Assembly: GCA_905178155.1 (NCBI GenBank)
Contig: CAJINV010000027.1
Coordinates: forward strand, 1-59,330
Direction of reading: 5' to 3'
Source of the DNA: Amoebophrya sp. A120
Lineage: Eukaryota; Protista; Dinoflagellata
Length of the DNA: 59,330 bases
Part shown: piece after piece, positions 24,974 through 37,300 of the stretch
Numbering within the stretch: the first letter of the stretch is position 1
How the letters are laid out: each line of letters begins with the position of its first letter
The notes under the pieces: model-generated
Told to the model about the DNA's origin: nothing
Databases searched by the model: none
What the model saw: the letters and a program-made list of their open reading frames with translations, nothing else
Program-made: the position numbers and the translations under genes

Positions 24974-25240
24974 TATCAAATGCAAAGGTGTCTGGGTCTG
25001 GAACAAAGCAACTTGTCATGCTAAATCTGAAGCATGTGAAAATCTGTGTTGCATGATTTCCAAAAGCTGTCCACTTTTGACCTAATCGAGAGGCAGTTCC
25101 TGATGCAGGATAGACATGAGAGAACTCTCACAGAATCTGTAATGCTATGTCCTACATGCCAGACCTTATGGGCCATGAAAAATCTGCATGACAAGTCTGG
25201 CATTCTTCCAGACCCCGACATTTTTGCAGCTGATACGATT
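24974..25240. mobile_element. Introner family A, probably in the 5' UTR of gene 3
   Basis: DR cgatt; ends 77 nt before ATG 25318. Confidence 0.9.
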
Positions 25241-25317
25241 GGGGCGACATCAACTAGTGTTTTGGTTCCACGAAAAGTTCCACCAGCTGTAGCTTCTTGT
25301 GACGAGGAAGGGGAGCC

Positions 25318-28300
25318 ATGACAGAAGGCAACAAAGTCCACTCGGTATGGGGTTCAACGGATCTGCGACGTCCGCCTGCGTCATCGACGGGAATAAATGT
25401 GGTTCATCAAGACCGCCTGGGTTCAACGGATCTGCGACGTCCGCCTGCGTCATCGACGGGAATAAATGTGGTTCATCTAGACCGCCTGGGTTCAACGGAT
25501 CTGCGACGTCCGCCTGCTTCATCGACGGGAATAAATGTGGTTCATCGAGACCGCCTGGGTTCAACGGATCTGCGACGGCCGCCTGCTTCATCGACGGGAA
25601 TAAATGTGGTTCATCGACGAGACCGCCTGGGTTCAACGGATCTGCGACGGCAGCTTGCGTTCGCAACTCCGAGAAGGACCGGAAGCCTCGGGTCAACCGA
25701 CCTGCGACGCCCGCCTGCGTCATCCACGCCCAAAAGGCGAGCGAGCCTCGGCTCAACGGATCTTCGCCGCCCCGAGGCTTCGTCGATTTCGGATGGCGAA
25801 CGGAAGGAAAGAACGCCGGTGGCCGCCAACGAAGGTGGAAAGAAGCGGACAACGTCGTCAGCTGCATCTGTGCCGCGCGCGTCGAAGACTAGGCACAACA
25901 ACAGCGCAAAGGGTGCTGCCGGTAAAAACAATATGGTGGCGCGGGACCACGGAAGCCTCCGACAGTGGGAAGACGAGGTCAAGACCTCGTTCCGCCTCGA
26001 CGACGGGTCCTTTGAGGTCCAGCAGCTGTTGGGCCGTGGCGGCACGGCAGAAGTCTACAAGGCGCACCGCGGTGGCTTTAACTTCGCTTTAAAGTCATTG
26101 AAAGCGCAGAGCAAGCGGGAGCTCGCCTTGTTTCGCCAGGAGGCAGCGCTGTTGGAGAAGCTCACCCGGCGAGAAAACAAGGAGGAGGGCCGAGAATACG
26201 TCGTGCGCTGTTACGGGTTATCGAAGTGAAAAAATGGTCTTGGTGGTCTCGGTATTCCCGCCACGCTGGAAAAAAGGCTTTTGCAGGCTTGGAAGTTATC
26301 GTCGTCACAATCACTTTGTCATGCCGAACGAAACCTCAAATAGAGGCCGTCAGCCTGACGATGGGGTATTTCATCTTTTGATATATAATTTACTGTCCTG
26401 TTTTTATGATCGAGCCAGAGGCGAACCTGTCTTGCTACATGGTGAACAGCGGCACTCAATAAAAACATCCGTGAAAGTGACGCAACAAGCGTCTCGCTTC
26501 GCCTTTCGCTTATTTGCTACGATAAAATACAAGCTGGCAGCCACTCCTTCTGGCTGTGTATATGAAATTTGCAAGAAGCAAAGTACCCACATATCATGCA
26601 AAGGGAACAACTACCACAACCGCAGATCATTTCTTTCGATAGGGCTGTCGGTGCGACACGCCAACGCTGCAGCTTTACATTCTGTTGGAGTACGCGGACT
26701 GCGACTTTCAAGCGTATCACCGCAGCTTCTTTGCCCGGTCCTTGCAGAAGTTCATGCCGCTGTCGGTTATCCTCCATTGCTTCACACAAATGGTTGCCGC
26801 GGTCCGCTTCATCCACGCACAGAAGATCGTGCACTTTGACCTGAAACCTGGCAACTTCGTACGCAATACAAATGGATCGCACAGAATAACTCTTATTGCA
26901 AGTAGAATTCTCCTCAACTTTCAAAATGCAATTTGTCATGCTAGGCTGGCGACTTCTAGGTAGAAAAATTATACATCGATTTGTCATGCATGGTTTTACT
27001 TGCAACGAGTAGCAGTGCGGTACTTTTGCGCAGCATATTTTCTGTTGTTCGACAATCGGACCAAAGTGAAGCTGTCCGACTTCGGGCTCGCCAGGGTGCT
27101 GGAACCGAACAAAACCCACATTAGCAGGCACGGCCACTGCGGGACGGTTCTGTACATGGCCCCGGAGGCCTTCCACCAGGGCGAGCAGTACGAGTCCAGT
27201 ATGAAAATGCGGCCGGAGACGGATATTTGGTCGTTGGGGATAATCCTTTACGCGATGATCTACGGCAAACCGCCGCACGCGCACCTCTACACGCACCGGG
27301 GCGGGGCCAGTCTATGCAGGAAAAAATAACCATCCCCATTCATTTTATGCATCACAAACACAGAAATTCATACATGTTTTGCATGACAAATTGGATGGGG
27401 ATGGCAGTTTTTTTTTTTTGGATACAATCGTGCCATGTTCTCCATCGTCGATCCCTGCATGGAGATCCAGTTTCCGGATCGCTACTCAATATCCTGTGCA
27501 AAAGTATCGTACTCGTAGTAATTGCAATCATGCATTACAAATCTTTTTCTTGGCGTAAATCAGCATGACAAATTTTATTTCTCATGCTGAGGAAATTTGT
27601 AATGCATTTATACGAGTGCGATACTTTTGCAGTTCATAGTTTGGTGCGCGAAGTGGAGGTCCGCATAACGGCGTCCGACCTTGAAGCAGATCTGCGGATA
27701 TCCCACAGAAAAGAACTACACGCTCGCACATGGCGTTACAGTAACAGGAAACAAAAATTTGTATTGCGTTTTCTCGCATGGCTGGAAAACTTGAAAGAGA
27801 TAGAATTAGCAAGTTTGTCATGCAAAAGGAGACGGAACATCTATGCCATTATTTCCGGCTGCATGAGTAGACACGGACACAGGAGTAGATTTGTACTTGC
27901 TAGAAGCACACGGCCAGTACGCGGACCGCGGCCGCGAAGAGAACCGTCGGAGCTGTGCTGGTGCGACTGTACTTTCCTGTTGGATTCCACTATCAAATGC
28001 AAAAGTGTCTGGGTCTGGAAGAATGCAAGGCTTGTCATGCTTGTCTGGCATGACCCATGATGCTTGTAATGCATGACCCAGCATCACAGATTTTTCATTT
28101 TTGGAAGGCTTCCTGATGCCATTTCCGCGTGACAAATGCCCTCCGCGCGTAGCACAAACGTGGCTCCTCTTGCTGCTCATGCAATACAGATTTTTTTTAG
28201 AGTCCAAAGTTAGCATCACAAGGTCCAACTTTCCAGACCCAGATATTTTTGCATTTGATATCCACGTCCTGAAAACGATCTCGGAGTCCACTGTCCACGA

Positions 28301-31300
28301 TCCACAATTTGCACACTTCGACTTCCTATGCATTGCAAAAGTATCGTACTAGTACAAAATGCATTACAAATTTTCCCAAGAAAAAAATTCAATTTGTCAT
28401 GCTATTTCAGGTAGAAAGTTGGATTTATCATGCATATCTGCAATTAGTACGAGTACGATACTTTTGCACAGGATCCTTCCATGAGGCTGCAATTCGCCCG
28501 ATCCCGGGAAATATCGCGATATCAACAAGGAACATTTCGTTATACAACCAGCTCACCGTGGCCGCAGTGCAAGGCGCTGAAGATGAAGAAAAAGAATTCG
28601 TGGTGCAATATCTACAGAGCAATCGTTCGCCAGATTGGTTTGTCATGCATACAACTTGCACGAGCTCGAGCTCTATTACTTTTGAATTGGTACTTCCATC
28701 GATAAAATGATTTTCAAAACAAGAATGATCACATCTTCACTCCGACTGGACTTGTTTGACTGGTGGGTGACGGAAGCTGCCTTGTTCTCACTTCATAAAC
28801 TACCGTTTTGCACCAGAAACACCTGCCTACATCGCTGCCGGTCGTACACGAAGAGTCGCATGATCCGCAAGGCGAGGCTGGCGCACTGGACGGTAGCAGG
28901 GATGGTGCCAAACTTCCACCTCCTGACGATGTTCTTGCAGAGGGAGCTGCGCTATCAAGTGCAAATATGTCTGCGTCTGGAAGACTGCAACTTGTGATGC
29001 GTCCAGTAGGTGACACAAAAATTTGCCTTGCGCGAGTAGCTGCACAAGAGGCCCATTTATTTTGGCCAGCCCTGGAGCTATTTTTGTCATGCGGGATTTT
29101 ACAAAACCTGTGATGCTAACCCTCCATCCCAGTCGGTGTGGGGCTGCATCCAAAATCTGCATGACAAACTCTTGCATCCATCCAGACGCAGACCGAGACC
29201 CAGACATATTTGCATTGGATATCATGCACCGCCGGCACACGCAAATACACACGATCGGCAGGACGAAGGCAGCCAGGAGGCTCTCGGCGGATCTATTGAC
29301 CACGCCAGTGCTTGCATACCGTCGCGCACTCCCTCGCCTTCGGAGGGTCCAGCCAATGCTCTCGCAGAGAAGGCAGACGCGGGCCACGTCTCCGTCGACT
29401 CAATAAACCAAGATGGCCGAGAGCAGGGACACACGGCTTACGAAGGAAAGATTGGGGCCGCGGGCGTGATAAACATAGACGCCGTTGACGCCGAGGAGGT
29501 AGCGCTTCTTGCAGAGCAAGGTTTGGAACAAGTCGACTTCGCAAACACTGACCCTGGTTTGGCAGTGGACGACGGACTGGTGAAGGAAGCATCGCCGTCC
29601 GCGTTCACGACTTTCTGGACGGGACCTGCGGGCAAAATTCTTCTTTCCTGTCTCGTCCTATGTGCCGGCCTGGGAGGTGCCGTGGGGATGGGATCCTTTC
29701 TGGGAGCGCAGGCATACGCAGCTGCCTGGGGTCGTTGAACAAACTCAAAAGTCGGTTTAGACAGGAGGTCTTCGAGTGTTCCTTTACGGTTTTTGCATTT
29801 GCACAGATATGGAAAAGAAAGTACGACACGTGGTAGCTCCTTTTTGCACAGCAAGTTCTTCGGACTTGGTTCTTTGTTCAATGAAGCGATTTGGCATGCA
29901 TAATGCTGGCGCCGGCAGCAACTCTTCCGAACAAAACTCCGGTACGCAGCACCTGGGCGGCGATAATGGCTTTTTGAATCCCGTTGTCCACGCCAATGGG
30001 CCAGGCGATGTTCTTCCCGGAACAAGAACGGGACCGGGACTATGGGGTTCTCAAACGTTACATTCTCAATTGTTACAATACATGAATTTGTCATGCAAAA
30101 GTGCCATAAGTAGTAGCTGCCTCACCCTCACGATCAAGGTATTTCGCATGACAAATTCTCGAAGGGTTTAATCAGCATTTAAATTCGAACCAGATTTGTA
30201 ATGCAAAACGCGCAAAAATCTTCACTTCCGGCTTTCACTTTTGCCGCTCCTGCATCACAAACAAGGTCCGAGCACGGGGACAGAGTCCCCGTGCGGCGAC
30301 CTTCCGGCATTGATTTGTCTGGGACGAGTTCGGGGGTTGTGGTGGCTGGCACTGGGCCGGCAGGCCCCTGCAGCCCGGTGTCTCTGTGTGGCCTGCGCCC
30401 CTTGATCCGCGACAGATGTGCGGGCGGAGCCCCTCTGCTTGCCCACACCAGGCCCGTTTGCCTACCGCGAACAAAGGGAACAGAAAGGAAGAAGCTGGCG
30501 CCGGATCTGTAGCTGGCCCCTAGGTCATGACGCGGGGGCCGAGTCCCCGCGCTGACCTAGGGCTTTTGCGCCTCGGCCGTGCGGTTAGTTTCCGGGAAGC
30601 GCCCAAAGCTGGCCCCTAGGTCATGACGCGGGGACCGAGTCCCCGCGCTGACCTACGGCTTTTGCGCCTCGGCCGTGTGGTTAGTTTCTGTTTCCGGGAA
30701 GCGCCCAAAGCTGGCCCCTAGGTCATGACGCGGGGACCGAGTCCCCGCGCTGACCTAGGGCTTTTGCGCCTCGGCCGTGCGGTTAGTTTCCGGGAAGCGC
30801 CCAAAGCTGGCCCCTAGGTCATGACGCGGGGACCGAGTCCCCGCGCTGACCTAGGGCTTTTGCCCCTGGGCCGTGCGGTTAGTTTCCGGGAAGCGCCCAA
30901 AGCTGGCCCCTAGGTCATGACGCGGGGACCGAGTCCCCGCGCTGACCTAGGGCTTTTGCCCCTGGGCCGTGCGGTTAGTTTCCGGGAAGCGCCCAAAGCT
31001 GGCCCCTAGGTCATGACGCGGGGACCGAGTCCCCGCGCTGACCTAGGGCTTTTGCCCCTGGGCCGTGCGGTTAGTTTCCGGGAAGCGCCCAAAGCTGGCC
31101 CCTAGGTCATGACGCGGGGACCGAGTCCCCGCGCTGACCTAGGGCTTTTGCCCCTGGGCCGTGCGGTTAGTTTCCGGGAAGCGCCCAAAGCTGGCCCCTA
31201 GGTCATGACGCGGGGACCGAGTCCCCGCGCTGACCTAGGGCTTTTGCCCCTGGGCCGTGCGGTTAGTTTCCGGGAAGCGCCCAAAGCTGGCCCCTAGGTC

Positions 31301-34300
31301 ATGACGCGGGGACCGAGTCCCCGCGCTGACCTAGGGCTTTTGCCCCTGGGCCGTGCGGTTAGTTTCCGGGAAGCGCCCAAAGCTGGCCCCTAGGTCATGA
31401 CGCGGGGACCGAGTCCCCGCGCTGACCTAGGGCTTTTGCCCCTGGGCCGTGCGGTTAGTTTCCGGGAAGCGCCCAAAGCTGGCCCCTAGGTCATGACGCG
31501 GGGACCGAGTCCCCGCGCTGACCTAGGGCTTTTGCCCCTGGGCCGTGCGGTTAGTTTCCGGGAAGCGCCCAAAGCTGGCCCCTAGGTCATGACGCGGGGA
31601 CCGAGTCCCCGCGCTGACCTAGGGCTTTTGCCCCTGGGCCGTGCGGTTAGTTTCCGGGAAGCGCCCAAAGCTGGCCCCTAGGTCATGACGCGGGGACCGA
31701 GTCCCCGCGCTGACCTAGGGCTTTTGCCCCTGGGCCGTGCGGTTAGTTTCCGGGAAGCGCCCAAAGCTGGCCCCTAGGTCATGACGCGGGGACCGAGTCC
31801 CCGCGCTGACCTAGGGCTTTTGCCCCTGGGCCGTGCGGTTAGTTTCCGGGAAGCGCCCAAAGCTGGCCCCTAGGTCATGACGCGGGGACCGAGTCCCCGC
31901 GCTGACCTAGGGCTTTTGCCCCTGGGCCGTGCGGTTAGTTTCCGGGAAGCGCCCAAAGCTGGCCCCTAGGTCATGACGCGGGGACCGAGTCCCCGCGCTG
32001 ACCTAGGGCTTTTGCCCCTGGGCCGTGCGGTTAGTTTCCGGGAAGCGCCCAAAGCTGGCCCCTAGGTCATGACGCGGGGACCGAGTCCCCGCGCTGACCT
32101 AGGGCTTTTGCCCCTGGGCCGTGCGGTTAGTTTCCGGGAAGCGCCCAAAGCTGGCCCCTAGGTCATGACGCGGGGACCGAGTCCCCGCGCTGACCTAGGG
32201 CTTTTGCCCCTGGGCCGTGCGGTTAGTTTCCGGGAAGCGCCCAAAGCTGGCCCCTAGGTCATGACGCGGGGACCGAGTCCCCGCGCTGACCTAGGGCTTT
32301 TGCCCCTGGGCCGTGCGGTTAGTTTCCGGGAAGCGCCCAAAGCTGGCCCCTAGGTCATGACGCGGGGACCGAGTCCCCGCGCTGACCTAGGGCTTTTGCC
32401 CCTGGGCCGTGCGGTTAGTTTCCGGGAAGCGCCCAAAGCTGGCCCCTAGGTCATGACGCGGGGACCGAGTCCCCGCGCTGACCTAGGGCTTTTGCCCCTG
32501 GGCCGTGCGGTTAGTTTCCGGGAAGCGCCCAAAGCTGGCCCCTAGGTCATGACGCGGGGACCGAGTCCCCGCGCTGACCTAGGGCTTTTGCCCCTGGGCC
32601 GTGCGGTTAGTTTCCGGGAAGCGCCCAAAGCTGGCCCCTAGGTCATGACGCGGGGACCGAGTCCCCGCGCTGCCCTAGGGCTTTTGCCCCCCGGCCGTGC
32701 GGAGCGGTTGGCTTCCGGGAAGCGCCCAAAGCCGGCCCCTAGGTCATGACGCGGGGACCGAGTCCCCGCGCTGACCTAGGGCTTCTGCCCCTGGGCCGTG
32801 CGGCTAGTTTCCGGGAAACGCCCAAAGCTGGCCCCTAGGTCATGACGCGGGGACCGAGTCCCCGCGCTGACCGCGGGCTTTTGCCCCTGGGCCATGCGGT
32901 TAGTTTCCGGGAAGCGCCCAAAGCCGGCCCCTAGGTCATGACGCGGGGACCGAGTCCCCGCGTTGGCCTCGGGCTTTTGCCCCTGGGCCGTGCGGTTAGT
33001 TTCCGGGAAGCGCCCAAAGCTGGCCCCTAGGTCATGACGCGGGGACCGAGTCCCCGCGCCGACCTAGGGCTTTTGCATGCGCCCCGGCCGTGCGGTTAGT
33101 TTCCGGGAAGCGCCCAAACCTGGCCCCTAGGTCATGGCGCGGGGACCGAGTCCCCGCGCTGACCTAGGGCTTTTGCGCCTCGGCCGTGCGGTTAGTTTCC
33201 GCCCGGGAAGCGCCCAAAGCTGGCCCCTAGGTCACGACGCGGGGACCGAGTCCCCGCGCTGACCTAGGGCTTTTGCGCCTCGGCCGTGCGGTTAGTTTCC
33301 GCCCGGGAAGCGCCCAAAGCTGGCCCCTAGGTGACGCGGGGACCGAGCCCCCGCGCTGACCTAGGGCTTTTGCTCCCCGGCCGTGCGGAGCGGTTAGTTT
33401 CCGGGAAGCGTCGAAAGAAAGGCGGCCCCTAGGTCATGACGCGGGGACCGAGTCCCCGCGCTGACCTAGGGCTTTTGCCCCTGGGCCGTGCGGCTAGTTT
33501 CCGGGAAACGCCCAAAGCGGGCCCCTAGGTCATCCATGACGCGGGGGCCGAGTCCCCGCGGTGACCTAGGGCCTTTGCCCCTGGGCCGTGCGGTTAGTTT
33601 TCATTCATTCGGGAAGCGCCCAAAGCTGGCCCCTAGGTCATGACGCGGGGACCGAGTCCCCGCGCTGACCTAGGGCTTTTGCCCCTGGGCCGTGCGGTTA
33701 GTTTCCGGGAAGCGCCCAAAGCTGGCCCCTAGGTCATGACGCGGGGACCGAGTCCCCGCGCTGACCTAGGGCTTTTGCCCCTGGGCCGTGCGGTTAGTTT
33801 CCGGGAAGTGCCCAAAGCTGGCGCCTAGGTCATGACGCGGGGACCGAGTCCCCGCGCTGACCTAGGGCTTTACTTTGCCGCTGGGCCGTACGGTGTCCGG
33901 GAAGCGCCCAAAGCTGGCCCGCAGGTCATGACGCGGGGATTGGGCCCCCGCGCTGACCGCGGGCGCCTTTCAGGCCCCGGGGCCCGGGAAGCTCGACAGG
34001 TTGGCGGCTCGCGTGACAAACTGGAGTCCGGCATTGCGCATCTCGCGTGGCGAGGTCCCAAAGTGTGTCGGGGGTGTGTCCGAAAGTCTGCCCGGGGTGT
34101 GTCGGAAAGTCTGCCCGGGGTGTGTCTGGGGTATGTTCGGACTTTTTGCCTGGGGTGTGTTCGGGGGTCTGTCTGGGGTATGTCTGGGGTCTGTCTGGGG
34201 TGTGTCTGGGGTATGTTTATACCCCACCTGTTGCTTTTTCGCCAAAAATTTGCATTCAGGTCGTGATTGACTGCCATTTGCATACCCCTGACACACCCCC

Positions 34301-37300
34301 GAACATACCCCCGAGCATACCCCTCGCATGCATTTTTGACCAGCTGCTGCAGTTTAGATAGTAATGCGTGTAACAGCTGAGAATGTAACGTCTGAGAACG
34401 CCATATGAAGAGCCCACGGATGGCTCCATCCACCCGATAAGCATCACCACACCGGCAGCGCCAAGTCAAGCCGCTCCCCCACAGAGCATGCCAGCGGACG
34501 CAATGCCTCAGCCGCAGGAGCCCTCGCCAGTACACAGTACCTCAGCCGAAGCGCCGCCTGTCCCAGCTGCGAATGATCAGCTGCGGCACATAGGAAGTTC
34601 TAGTTCGGGGCACGGATTATATGGCACGGAAATCCCTCTGGCTTTGGGTTTCGAAAAATGCGACACGGCTTGTCGACGAATCGAAGAAGTCTAAACATGA
34701 AGTACCCAAAATAACTTAAAATTTGGGCTCTGTATCGAGCAGAAAAAGCAGCTGCATATTCTCTACGAAACTTAGATCTGTCATGCCTAGAGTTCTTGAA
34801 CTTGTGAGTTTGAATTACATCACGTTGGCCTTTTGTCAGATGAAACAGCATTTTGTCAGAGCCACGGATGCTTGCATTTGATAAACGGACGACGCCCCCC
34901 AGCACGATTCAGCAGCCGGCGCCGACGGGCCTTACGTCTACGGCCCCCATCCAGCCACTACCGAGCGATGAGGCCGTGGGATCAGGAACTGAAATTGAGC
35001 CGGGAATTTCATCAGCCACAGGTGCAGCTCCAGCTGCCGTCGGCAGGGGCGTTCTAGCACTTCTGCAAGATGACCAAGCTGGTGGCACCAGTGGGGTAAG
35101 CGGAGCTTCCGCTTTACAAGAGCCAACAATAGAATCAGCACCGGTGGTGGCTACGCCGGCCGGAAGTTCTGCCTCTGATGGTGATGTCGCGGAACCTGCA
35201 CTCGTCGATCAAAATGCGTCACAATTTTCCGCGACGGCGACTGGGGGCTCGGGTTCGCTAAACGACACACCTCAAGAACCGCCAGCAGAGGGTGATCCAC
35301 GCACGAGCACGCACAGGAGCACTGCGAGCCAATTTCTGGGTCCCAGATCTCCTGCAGCAACAGCAGCTAGTACTACAGAAGCCCAGCTGGGGGATGAAAG
35401 CGCTGGCTCGACTGCGGAGCAACCAAGCTCACGTCATCAAGAGGTGGGCTCACCACGCACCGAACAGGACGAGGCCAACTTGGTGGCCAGAAACGCCAAT
35501 CTGCAAGCGGGATCGGATATGCGTCGCAAATACGTCTGGGTCTGGAAAGGTAGAACTTGTAATGCGTGTCTTGCATTCCTGGAAAACCTATGTTGCATGC
35601 GCAGCAAAAAATGCACAAGCTTCCTTGTTATGCAAAGTTGTAATTTGTAATGCGTGGCACTGGCAGATAGCATGTCTTCAGAAAGCATCCCCAAGGCTTG
35701 TCATGCTTGGCCGCCATTGCAAGCGTTGCAATCTTCATGCACAATACAGCGTCACAGGTTTCCAGACCTAAACATATTTGCACTCGATATCGGAGCAGGC
35801 AGAACAACTACAGGCAGGAGCTCACATACCAACACCCGGCAACGAATCCACAACACCAAGCGTTGGAGTACTAATCACTGGTGAAGGCACGACAAGTTGT
35901 ATTGAAGACCAGCAACCTGTGCTGGAGCAGGTTGGCGAGCACCAGCAAGTGCCAGGAATAGCTTCTTCCGCAACCGTCCCGGCTGGCCCGGCACAGCCTA
36001 CCAACGGAACCGCCCCAGCAGCGTGTGCCGTTCCAGCAGCAGTGTGCCCATTGCAAAATGAGAATACTTCATCAGCCGACGCAGCTTCCCAAGACGAGGG
36101 CACAGCCTCCACCAGGATTGCGACTGACAGAGGGTCGGCGAATGGATCGGGCGAGAACGCTGCAGGCATTGTCTCAACTACCTCTCTGCAACAAAGCGCG
36201 GCTGCTTCATCTCCGCCGCAACGGACCACTGTGAGAAACGTTGAGGATGAGGTGGTGGTGGAGCGGAGTCCGAAGGGACGGTTTTTGCGGTTCAATCGCA
36301 GACTCGGTGTGGAATCGTATAAGCAGGTCTACCTCGGTTTTGACACTGAGACCGGTCGCGAGGTGGCGTGGAATGTCATTCCCTTCACAAGGCTGACAGG
36401 GACCGAGCGGAACCGGATTCAGGACGAGATTAACATCACGAAATCGCTGGACCACCCGAGAATCATCCACTGTGTGAACGCCTGGAAGAATCCTGTATTG
36501 TTATGTTCAAATGATTTTGCTTGTTTTTCTCCAGCGATCATCGATCACGCTTCGACCCAGCTCCGTGGCCAACGCCGTTAGGGTTTTCGGATTTAGCAAG
36601 TTTAGACCTCGTCCTATTTTGCCTTTATGGCTCATTCAGTTTCTTTGCGCGTTCTCTCGCACTCGCTGTGCTTTGTGCAAGAGTACTAACATTCCTGCTC
36701 GTGCTGCTGTTCGCAACACAAATTTAAATTAACATCTACAACACCAACTTATTCAAACCAGCAACGCGAGGAGATTTATATCATCACGGAGCGTGTCACC
36801 GGTGGTTCCCTCCGGAACTACGTGAGCCGGCTTGCTGGTCCGTTGAAGATAAAGGTGATCCGCGATTGGGCGCGCCAGATTTTAGAGGGGTTGCAGTACC
36901 TACACAGCACAAAGCCGAATCCGGTGATCCACCGGGATCTGAAGTGCGACAACATTTTCATCAATGGGAACGTCGGGGAAATCCTGATCGGCGAGTTGGG
37001 ATTGAGTTCCTGGCTGAAGAAGGACGATAGCAGGTTGCAGTCCATTGTCGGGACTCCGGGGTTTATGGCCCCAGAATTGTACGACGAGAGATACGGCACC
37101 CCGGTGGATATTTACGCCTTCGGGATGGTTTTGGTGGAATTAGTTTCCCGCCGGTTCCCCTTCGCCGAGTGCCACACGTCGCTGCTGGAGGTTTACCTTA
37201 AGGTGATGAAGGGGGAGCAACCAAGAGTTGTCAAGTTGATCAAAGACCCGAATCTGCAAGACTTGATCCAAAAATGCCTAGAGAAGGACCCGACTTTGCG

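Larger units (their letters stand above)
30041..34410. mobile_element. Introner family B expanded by a ~4.1-kb satellite-bearing insertion
   Basis: Left TIR and body at 30041-~30262; missing right TIR at 34368-34405; +5 removal in frame. Confidence 0.8.

Noticed and set aside
25250-26092. Overlapping genes in alternative frames (ORFs 25299, 25250, 25611)
   Set aside because: Open frames result from the 69-bp repeat; only frame 25318 joins the kinase and matches gene 2.
27905-27985. Scrambled exon order (REENRRSC resembling gene 2 DENNRGSC)
   Set aside because: The segment lies inside the TIR-bounded intron 27699-27986 and is out of frame with the next exon; treated as chance.
30511-33960. 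CRISPR array or hammerhead-ribozyme satellite
   Set aside because: Units are identical with no unique spacers and no cas genes; no CUGAnGA core on either strand.
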